From NCBI GenBank assembly GCA_964247055.1, contig OZ176050.1, forward strand, positions 124,001 through 188,000: a stretch of DNA of 64,000 nucleotides, in the 5' to 3' direction. Made by a program: the position numbers and the translations under genes. This DNA comes from Paragordius varius (Eukaryota > Animalia > Nematomorpha). Positions 53,501 to 64,000 of the stretch are shown here, piece after piece. The number at the start of each line of letters is the position of its first letter. The first letter of the stretch is position 1. The notes below the pieces were generated by a model. It was not told the origin of the DNA and ran no database searches. It was given only the letters and a program-made list of their open reading frames with translations.

Positions 53501-56500
53501 ATTTTTATGAATTTTTTAAATATTTAAAAAATTTATTTTATACGATTTTAAAAATAAAAATGGCTACCTAAAATCCAAATTTGATCAGCTGATGTGACCA
53601 TAATTTTTTTTGGGTAGCCCTATGGTAGTTCCATCATCACCCCAAATATTTTGGGGATCGGACTATAAATGTAATTTTTAGGAATTTTTTAAATATTTAA
53701 AAAATTTATTTTATACGATTTTAAAAATAAAAATGGCTACCTAAAATCCAAATTTGATCAGGTGATGTCACTATAATTTTTTTGGGTAGCCCTATGGTAG
53801 TTCCATCATCACCCCAAATATTTTCGAGATCGGACTATAAATGTAATTTTTATGAATTTTTTAAATATTTAAAAAATTTATTTTATACGATTTTAAAAAT
53901 AAAAATGGCTACCTAAAATCCAAATTTGATCAGGTGATGTCACCATAATTTTTTTTGGGTAGCCCTATGGTATCCATCATCACCCCAAATATTTTCGAGA
54001 TCGGAGTATAAATGTAATTTTTATGAATTTTTTAAATATTTAAAAAATTTATTTTATACGATTTTAAAAATAAAAATGGCTACCTAAAATCCAAATTTGA
54101 TCAGGTGATGTCACCATAATTTTTTTTGGGTAGCCCTATGGTAGTTCCATCATCACCCCAAATATTTTCGAGATCGGAGTATAAATGTAATTTTTATGAA
54201 TTTTTTAAATATTTAAAAAATTTATTTTATACGATTTTAAAAATAAAAATGGCTACCTAAAATCCAAATTTGATCAGGTGATGTCACCATAATTTTTTTT
54301 GGGTAGCCCTATGGTAGTTCCATCATCACCCCAAATATTTTGGGGATCGGACTATAAATGTAATTTTTATGAATTTTTTAAATATTTAAAAAATTTATTT
54401 TATACGATTTTAAAAATAAAAATGGCTACCTAAAATCCAAATTTGATAAGGTGATGTCGCCATAATTTTTTTTGGGTAGCCCTATGGTAGTTCCATCATA
54501 ACCCCAAATATTTTTGAGATCGGACTTTAAATGTAATTTTTTTGAATTTTTTAAATATTTAAAAAATTTATTTTATACGATTTTAAAAATATAAATGGCT
54601 ACCTAAAATCCAAATTTGATCAGGTGATGTCACCATAATTTTTTTTGGGTAGCCCTATGGTAGTTCCATCATCACCCCAAATATTTCCGAGATCGGAGTA
54701 TAAATGTAATTTTTATGAATTTTTTAAATATTTAAAAAATTTATTTTATACGATTTTAAAAATAAAAATGGCTACCTAAAATCCAAATTTGATCAGGTGA
54801 TGTCACCATAATTTTTTTTGGGTAGCCCTATGGTAGTTCCATCATCACCCCAAATATTTTGGGGATCGGACTATAAATGTAATTTTTATGAATTTTTTAA
54901 ATATTTAAAAAATTTATTTTATACGATTTTAAAAATAAAAATGGCTACCTAAAATCCATATTTGATCAGGTGATGTCGCCATAATTTTTTTAGGTAGGCC
55001 TATGATAGTTCCATCATCACCCTAAATATTGTCGAGATCGGAGTATAAATGTAATTTTTATGAATTTTTTAAATATTGAAAAAATTTATTTTATACGATA
55101 TTAAAAATAAAAATGGCTACCTAAAATCTAAATTTGATCAGGTGATGTCACCATAATTTTTTTTGGGTAGCCCTATGGTAATTCCATCATCACCCGAAAT
55201 ATTTCCGAGATCGGAGTATAAATGTAATTTCTATGAATTTTTTAAATATTTAAAAAATTTATTTTATACGATTTTAAAAATAAAAATGGCTACCTAAAAT
55301 CCAAATTTGATCAGGTGATGTCACTATAATTTTTTTGGGTAGCCCTATGGTAGTTCCATCATCACCCCAAATATTTTGGGGATCGGACTATAAATGTAAT
55401 TTTTAGGAATTTTTTAAATATTTAAAAAATTTATTTTATACGATTTTAAAAATAAAAATGGCTACCTAAAATCCAAATTTGATCAGGTGATGTCACTATA
55501 ATTTTTTTGGGTAGCCCTATGGTAGTTCCATCATCACCCCAAATATTTTCGAGATCGGAGTATAAATGTAATTTTTAGGAATTTTTTAAATATTTAAAAA
55601 ATTTATTTTATACGATTTTAAAAATAAAAATGGCTACCTAAAATCCAAATTTGATCAGGTGATGTCACTATAATTTTTTTGGGTAGCCCTATGGTAGTTC
55701 CATCATCACCCCAAATATTTTCGAGATCGGAGTATAAATGTAATTTTTATGAATTTTTTAAATATTTAAAAAATTTATTTTATACGATTTTAAAAATAAA
55801 AATGGCTACCTAAAATCCAAATTTGATCAGCTGATGTTACCATAATTTTTTTTGGGTAGCCCTATGGTAGTTCCATCATCACCCCAAATATTTTCGAGAT
55901 CGGAGTATAAATGTAATTTTTATGAATTTTTTAAATATTTAAAAAATTTATTTTATACGATTGTAAAAATAAAAATGGCTACCTAAAATCCAAATTTGAT
56001 CAGGTTATGTCGCCATAATTTTTTTTCTGAGCCCTATGGTAGTTCCATCATCACCCCAAATATTGTCGAGATCGGAGTATAAATGTAGTTTTTTTGAATT
56101 TTTTTAATATTTAAAAAATTTATTTTATACGATTTTAAAAATAAAAATGGCTACCTAAAATCCAAATTTGATCAGGTGATGTCGCCATAATTTTTTTAGG
56201 TAGGCCTATGATAGTTCCATCATCACCCTAAATATTGTCGAGATCGGACTATAAATGTAATTTTTATGAATTTTTTAAATATTGAAAAAATTTATTTTAT
56301 ACTATATTAAAAATAAAAATGGCTACCTAAAATCTAAATTTGATCAGGTGATGTCACCATAATTTTTTTTGGGTAGCCCTATGGTAATTCCATCATCACT
56401 TCAAATATTTTCGAGATCGGAGTATAAATGTAATTTCTATGAATTTTTTAAATATTTAAAAAATTTATTTTATACGATTTTAAAAATAAAAATGGCTACC

Positions 56501-59500
56501 TAAAATCCAAATTTGATCAGGTGATGTCACTATAACTTTTTTTGGGTAGCCCTATGGTAGTTCCATCATCACCCCAAATATTTTCGAGATCGGAGTATAA
56601 ATGTAATTTTTATGAATTTTTTAAATATTTAAAAAATTTATTTTATACGATTTTAAAAATAAAAATGGCTACCTAAAATCCAAATTTGATCAGGTGATGT
56701 CACCATAATTTTTTTTGGGTAGCCCTATGGTAGTTCCATCATCACCCCAAATATTTTGGGGATCGGACTATAAATGTAATTTTTATGAATTTTTTAAATA
56801 TTTAAAAAATTTATTTTATACGATTTTAAAAATAAAAATGGCTACCTAAAATCCAAATTTGATAAGGTGATGTCGCCATAATTTTTTTTGGGTAGCCCTA
56901 TGGTAGTTCCATCATAACCCTAAATATTTTTGAGATCGGACTTTAAATGTAATTTTTTTAAATTTTTTAAATATTTAAAAAATTTATTTTATACGATTTT
57001 AAAAATATAAATGGCTACCTAAAATCCAAATTTGATCAGGTGATGTCACCATAATTTTTTTTGGGTAGCCCTATGGTAGTTCCATCATCACCCCAAATAT
57101 TTTCGAGATCGGAGTATAAATGTAATTTTTATGAATTTTTTAAATTTTTAAAAAATTTATTTTATACGATTTTAAAAATAAAAATGGCTACCTAAAATCC
57201 AAATTTGATCAGGTGATGTCACTATAATTTTTTTGGGTAGCCCTATGGTAGTTCCATCATCACCCCAAATATTTTGGGGATCGGAATATAAATGTAATTT
57301 TTATGAATTTTTTAAATATTTAAAAAATTTATTTTATACGATTTTAAAAATAAAAATGGCTACCTAAAATCCAAATTTGATCAGCTGATGTGACCATAAT
57401 TTTTTTTGGGTAGCCCTATGGTAGTTCCATCATCACCCCAAATATTTTGGGGATCGGACTATAAATGTAATTTTTAGGAATTTTTTAAATATTTAAAAAA
57501 TTTATTTTATACGATTTTAAAAATAAAAATGGCTACCTAAAATCCAAATTTGATCAGGTGATGTCACTATAATTTTTTTGGGTAGCCCTATGGTAGTTCC
57601 ATCATCACCCCAAATATTTTCGAGATCGGACTATAAATGTAATTTTTATGAATTTTTTAAATATTTAAAAAATTTATTTTATACGATTTTAAAAATAAAA
57701 ATGGCTACCTAAAATCCAAATTTGATCAGGTGATGTCACCATAATTTTTTTTGGGTAGCCCTATGGTATCCATCATCACCCCAAATATTTTCGAGATCGG
57801 AGTATAAATGTAATTTTTATGAATTTTTTAAATATTTAAAAAATTTATTTTATACGATTTTAAAAATAAAAATGGCTACCTAAAATCCAAATTTGATCAG
57901 GTGATGTCACCATAATTTTTTTTGGGTAGCCCTATGGTAGTTCCATCATCACCCCAAATATTTTCGAGATCGGAGTATAAATGTAATTTTTATGAATTTT
58001 TTAAATATTTAAAAAATTTATTTTATACGATTTTAAAAATAAAAATGGCTACCTAAAATCCAAATTTGATCAGGTGATGTCACCATAATTTTTTTTGGGT
58101 AGCCCTATGGTAGTTCCATCATCACCCCAAATATTTTGGGGATCGGACTATAAATGTAATTTTTATGAATTTTTTAAATATTTAAAAAATTTATTTTATA
58201 CGATTTTAAAAATAAAAATGGCTACCTAAAATCCAAATTTGATAAGGTGATGTCGCCATAATTTTTTTTGGGTAGCCCTATGGTAGTTCCATCATAACCC
58301 CAAATATTTTTGAGATCGGACTTTAAATGTAATTTTTTTGAATTTTTTAAATATTTAAAAAATTTATTTTATACGATTTTAAAAATATAAATGGCTACCT
58401 AAAATCCAAATTTGATCAGGTGATGTCACCATAATTTTTTTTGGGTAGCCCTATGGTAGTTCCATCATCACCCCAAATATTTCCGAGATCGGAGTATAAA
58501 TGTAATTTTTATGAATTTTTTAAATTTTTAAAAAATTTATTTTATACGATTTTAAAAATAAAAATGGCTACCTAAAATCCAAATTTGATCAGGTGATGTC
58601 ACTATAATTTTTTTGGGTAGCCCTATGGTAGTTCCATCATCACCCCAAATATTTTGGGGATCGGACTATAAATGTAATTTTTAGGAATTTTTTAAATATT
58701 TAAAAAATTTATTTTATACGATTTTAAAAATAAAAATGGCTACCTAAAATCCAAATTTGATCAGGTGATGTCACTATAATTTTTTTGGGTAGCCCTATGG
58801 TAGTTCCATCATCACCCCAAATATTTTCGAGATCGGGATATAAATGTAATTTTTAGGAATTTTTTAAATATTTAAAAAATTTATTTTATACGATTTTAAA
58901 AATAAAAATGGCTACCTAAAATCCAAATTTGATCAGGTGATGTCACTATAATTTTTTTGGGTAGCCCTATGGTAGTTCCATCATCACCCCAAATATTTTC
59001 GAGATCGGAGTATAAATGTAATTTTTATGAATTTTTTAAATATTTAAAAAATTTATTTTATACGATTTTAAAAATAAAAATGGCTACCTAAAATCCAAAT
59101 TTGATCAGGTGATGTGACCATAATTTTTTTTGGGTAGCCCTATGGTAGTTCCATCATCACCCCAAATATTTTGGGGATCGGACTATAAATGTAATTTTTA
59201 GGAATTTTTTAAATATTTAAAAAATTTATTTTATACGATTTTAAAAATAAAAATGGCTACCTAAAATCCAAATTTGATCAGGTGATGTCACTATAATTTT
59301 TTTGGGTAGCCCTATGGTAGTTCCATCATCACCCCAAATATTTTCGAGATCGGACTATAAATGTAATTTTTATGAATTTTTTAAATATTTAAAAAATTTA
59401 TTTTATACGATTTTAAAAATAAAAATGGCTACCTAAAATCCAAATTTGATCAGGTGATGTCACCATAATTTTTTTTGGGTAGCCCTATGGTATCCATCAT

Positions 59501-62500
59501 CACCCCAAATATTTTTGAGATCGGACTTTAAATGTAATTTTTTTGAATTTTTTAAATATTTAAAAAATTTATTTTATACGATTTTAAAAATAAAAATGGC
59601 TACCTAAAATCCAAATTTGATCAGGTGATGTCGCCATAATTTTTTTTGGGTAGCCCTATGGTAGTTCCATCATATCCCCAAATATTTTTGAGATCGGACT
59701 TTAAATGTAATTTTTTTGAATTTTTTAAATATTTAAAAAATTTATTTTATACGATTTTAAAAATAAAAATGGCTACCTAAAATCCATATTTGATCAGGTG
59801 ATGTCGCCATAATTTTTTTAGGTAGGCCTATGATAGTTCCATCATCACCCTAAATATTGTCGAGATCGGACTATAAATGTAATTTTTATGAATTTTTTAA
59901 ATATTGAAAAAATTTATTTTATACGATATTAAAAATAAAAATGGCTACCTAAAATCTAAATTTGATCAGGTGATGTCACCATAATTTTTTTTGGGTAGCC
60001 CTATGGTAATTCCATCATCACCCGAAATATTTCCGAGATCGGAGTATAAATGTAATTTTTATGAATTTTTTAAATATTTAAAAAATTTATTTTATACGAT
60101 TTTAAAAATAAAAATGGCTACCTAAAATCCAAATTTGATAAGGTGATGTCGCCATAATTGTTTTTGGGTAGCCCTATGGTAGTTCCATCATAACCCCAAA
60201 TATTTTTGAGATCGGACTTTAAATGTAATTTTTTTGAATTTTTTAAATATTTAAAAAATTTATTTTATACGATTTTAAAAATATAAATGGCTACCTAAAA
60301 TCCAAATTTGATCAGGTGATGTCACCATAATTTTTTTTGGGTAGCCCTATGGTAGTTCCATCATCACCCCAAATATTTCCGAGATCGGAGTATAAATGTA
60401 ATTTTTATGAATTTTTTAAATTTTTAAAAAATTTATTTTATACGATTTTAAAAATAAAAATGGCTACCTAAAATCCAAATTTGATCAGGTGATGTCACTA
60501 TAATTTTTTTGGGTAGCCCTATGGTAGTTCCATCATCACCCCAAATATTTTGGGGATCGGACTATAAATGTAATTTTTAGGAATTTTTTAAATATTTAAA
60601 AAATTTATTTTATACGATTTTAAAAATAAAAATGGCTACCTAAAATCCAAATTTGATCAGGTGATGTCACTATAATTTTTTTGGGTAGCCCTATGGTAGT
60701 TCCATCATCACCCCAAATATTTTCGAGATCGGAGTATAAATGTAATTTTTAGGAATTTTTTAAATATTTAAAAAATTTATTTTATACGATTTTAAAAATA
60801 AAAATGGCTACCTAAAATCCAAATTTGATCAGGTGATGTCACTATAATTTTTTTGGGTAGCCCTATGGTAGTTCCATCATCACCCCAAATATTTTCGAGA
60901 TCGGAGTATAAATGTAATTTTTATGAATTTTTTAAATATTTAAAAAATTTATTTTATACGATTTTAAAAATAAAAATGGCTACCTAAAATCCAAATTTGA
61001 TCAAGTGATGTGACCATAATTTTTTTTGGGTAGCCCTATGGTAGTTCCATCATCACCCCAAATATTTTGGGGATCGGACTATAAATGTAATTTTTAGGAA
61101 TTTTTTAAATATTTAAAAAATTTATTTTATACGATTTTAAAAATAAAAATGGCTACCTAAAATCCAAATTTGATCAGGTGATGTCACTATAATTTTTTTG
61201 GGTAGCCCTATGGTAGTTCCATCATCACCCCAAATATTTTCGAGATCGGACTATAAATGTAATTTTTATGAATTTTTTAAATATTTAAAAAATTTATTTT
61301 ATACGATTTTAAAAATAAAAATGGCTACCTAAAATCCATATTTGATCAGGTGATGTCGCCATAATTTTTTTAGGTAGGCCTATGATAGTTCCATCATCAC
61401 CCTAAATATTGTCGAGATCGGACTATAAATGTAATTTTTATGAATTTTTTAAATATTGAAAAAATTTATTTTATACGATATTAAAAATAAAAATGGCTAC
61501 CTAAAATCTAAATTTGATCAGGTGATGTCACCATAATTTTTTTTGGGTAGCCCTATGGTAATTCCATCATCACCCGAAATATTTCCGAGATCGGAGTATA
61601 AATGTAATTTTTATGAATTTTTTAAATATTTAAAAAATTTATTTTATACGATTTTAAAAATAAAAATGGCTACCTAAAATCCAAATTTGATAAGGTGATG
61701 TCGCCATAATTTTTTTTGGGTAGCCCTATGGTAGTTCCATCATAACCCCAAATATTTTTGAGATCGGACTTTAAATGTAATTTTTTTGAATTTTTTAAAT
61801 ATTTAAAAAATTTATTTTATACGATTTTAAAAATATAAATGGCTACCTAAAATCCAAATTTGATCAGGTGATGTCACCATAATTTTTTTTGGGTAGCCCT
61901 ATGGTAGTTCCATCATCACCCCAAATATTTCCGAGATCGGAGTATAAATGTAATTTTTATGAATTTTTTAAATTTTTAAAAAATTTATTTTATACGATTT
62001 TAAAAATAAAAATGGCTACCTAAAATCCAAATTTGATCAGGTGATGTCACTATAATTTTTTTGGGTAGCCCTATGGTAGTTCCATCATCACCCCAAATAT
62101 TTTCGAGATCGGAGTATAAATGTAATTTTTATGAATTTTTTAAATATTTAAAAAATTTATTTTATACGATTTTAAAAATAAAAATGGCTACCTAAAATCC
62201 AAATTTGATCAGGTGATGTGACCATAATTTTTTTTGGGTAGCCCTATGGTAGTTCCATCATCACCCCAAATATTTTGGGGATCGGACTATAAATGTAATT
62301 TTTAGGAATTTTTTAAATATTTAAAAAATTTATTTTATACGATTTTAAAAATAAAAATGGCTACCTAAAATCCAAATTTGATCAGGTGATGTCACTATAA
62401 TTTTTTTGGGTAGCCCTATGGTAGTTCCATCATCACCCCAAATATTTTCGAGATCGGACTATAAATGTAATTTTTATGAATTTTTTAAATATTTAAAAAA

Positions 62501-64000
62501 TTTATTTTATACGATTTTAAAAATAAAAATGGCTACCTAAAATCCAAATTTGATCAGGTGATGTCACCATAATTTTTTTTGGGTAGCCCTATGGTATCCA
62601 TCATCACCCCAAATATTTTTGAGATCGGACTTTAAATGTAATTTTTTTGAATTTTTTAAATATTTAAAAAATTTATTTTATACGATTTTAAAAATAAAAA
62701 TGGCTACCTAAAATCCAAATTTGATCAGGTGATGTCGCCATAATTTTTTTTGGGTAGCCCTATGGTAGTTCCATCATATCCCCAAATATTTTTGAGATCG
62801 GACTTTAAATGTAATTTTTTTGAATTTTTTAAATATTTAAAAAATTTATTTTATACGATTTTAAAAATAAAAATGGCTACCTAAAATCCATATTTGATCA
62901 GGTGATGTCGCCATAATTTTTTTAGGTAGGCCTATGATAGTTCCATCATCACCCTAAATATTGTCGAGATCGGACTATAAATGTAATTTTTATGAATTTT
63001 TTAAATATTGAAAAAATTTATTTTATACGATATTAAAAATAAAAATGGCTACCTAAAATCTAAATTTGATCAGGTGATGTCACCATAATTTTTTTTGGGT
63101 AGCCCTATGGTAATTCCATCATCACCCGAAATATTTCCGAGATCGGAGTATAAATGTAATTTCTATGAATTTTTTAAATATTTAAAAAATTTATTTTATA
63201 CGATTTTAAAAATAAAAATGGCTACCTAAAATCCAAATTTGATCAGGTGATGTCACTATAATTTTTTTGGGTAGCCCTATGGTAGTTCCATCATCACCCC
63301 AAATATTTTGGGGATCGGACTATAAATGTAATTTTTAGGAATTTTTTAAATATTTAAAAAATTTATTTTATACGATTTTAAAAATAAAAATGGCTACCTA
63401 AAATCCAAATTTGATCAGGTGATGTCACTATAATTTTTTTGGGTAGCCCTATGGTAGTTCCATCATCACCCCAAATATTTTCGAGATCGGAGTATAAATG
63501 TAATTTTTAGGAATTTTTTATATATTTAAAAAATTTATTTTATACGATTTTAAAAATAAAAATGGCTACCTAAAATCCAAATTTGATCAGGTGATGTCAC
63601 TATAATTTTTTTGGGTAGCCCTATGGTAGTTCCATCATCACCCCAAATATTTTCGAGATCGGAGTATAAATGTAATTTTTATGAATTTTTTAAATATTTA
63701 AAAAATTTATTTTATACGATTTTAAAAATAAAAATGGCTACCTAAAATCCAAATTTGATCAGCTGATGTTACCATAATTTTTTTTGGGTAGCCCTATGGT
63801 AGTTCCATCATCACCCCAAATATTTTCGAGATCGGAGTATAAATGTAATTTTTATGAATTTTTTAAATATTTAAAAAATTTATTTTATACGATTGTAAAA
63901 ATAAAAATGGCTACCTAAAATCCAAATTTGATCAGGTTATGTCGCCATAATTTTTTTTCTGAGCCCTATGGTAGTTCCATCATCACCCCAAATATTGTCG
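44589..64000 (+). repeat. Right layer: modular higher-order repeat P(7)-Q(4)-R(11)-S(6) in three cycles with variable module copy number
   Basis: Cycles start at 44589, 51313 and 56319. P is duplicated at 51313/52523 (offset 1210). R is duplicated at 46488/48384 and 58218/60114 (offset 1896). Block 44589-49590 recurs at offset 11730. Confidence 0.85.

Larger units (their letters stand above)
1..64000 (+). repeat. Tandem satellite DNA array, ~173-bp AT-rich monomer, ~370 head-to-tail copies, running off both window ends
   Basis: The anchor ATGGCTACCTAAAATCC recurs every 170-173 bp (15, 188, 361, 534 ... 63734, 63907). No non-repeat sequence or orientation switch was seen. The consensus has 46 G+C in 173 bp. 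Confidence 0.99.

Noticed and set aside
1-64000. CRISPR array
   Set aside because: There are no unique spacers between short repeats. The entire 173-bp unit is repeated with only point variants, and there are no cas genes.
1-64000. Assignment to a named satellite family or species (other ~170-180-bp satellites such as primate alpha or plant CEN180)
   Set aside because: Only the length is similar. I do not recognise the sequence, and its 27% GC and motifs do not match what I recall of those families. A BLASTN/Dfam/Repbase search of the consensus is needed.
1-64000. Transposon insertion, inversion or rDNA/5S/tRNA unit hidden in the array
   Set aside because: Every interval between monomer anchors is accounted for by monomer sequence of 49-182 bp in the same orientation. 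No foreign segment or Pol III A/B/C-box gene was seen.

Overview
The whole 64 kb window is one uninterrupted, head-to-tail tandem satellite array of about 370 monomers (I indexed about 373 by eye), all in the same orientation. The consensus monomer is 173 bp (172 bp with a T7 tract) and about 27% GC: ATGGCTACCTAAAATCCAAATTTGATCAGGTGATGTCACCATAATTTTTTTTGGGTAGCCCTATGGTAGTTCCATCATCACCCCAAATATTTTGGGGATCGGACTATAAATGTAATTTTTATGAATTTTTTAAATATTTAAAAAATTTATTTTATACGATTTTAAAAATAAAA. I found no credible genes, RNA genes, transposon insertions, CRISPR spacers or inversions, and the single ORF called is an artefact of an internal deletion. The nucleosome-scale monomer and array size suggest eukaryotic (peri)centromeric or other heterochromatic satellite DNA (inference). 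I do not recognise the family or the species. The information lies in the variant pattern. The array is zoned into successive layers with private diagnostic variants. The most indel-damaged layer is at the left, and from 44.6 kb onward there is a modular higher-order repeat (P^n-Q-R^m-S) with variable module copy number. The monomer is rich in dyad symmetry, including a perfect 24-bp AT palindrome. I found no new gene system. All coordinates and alignments were made manually and should be confirmed computationally.
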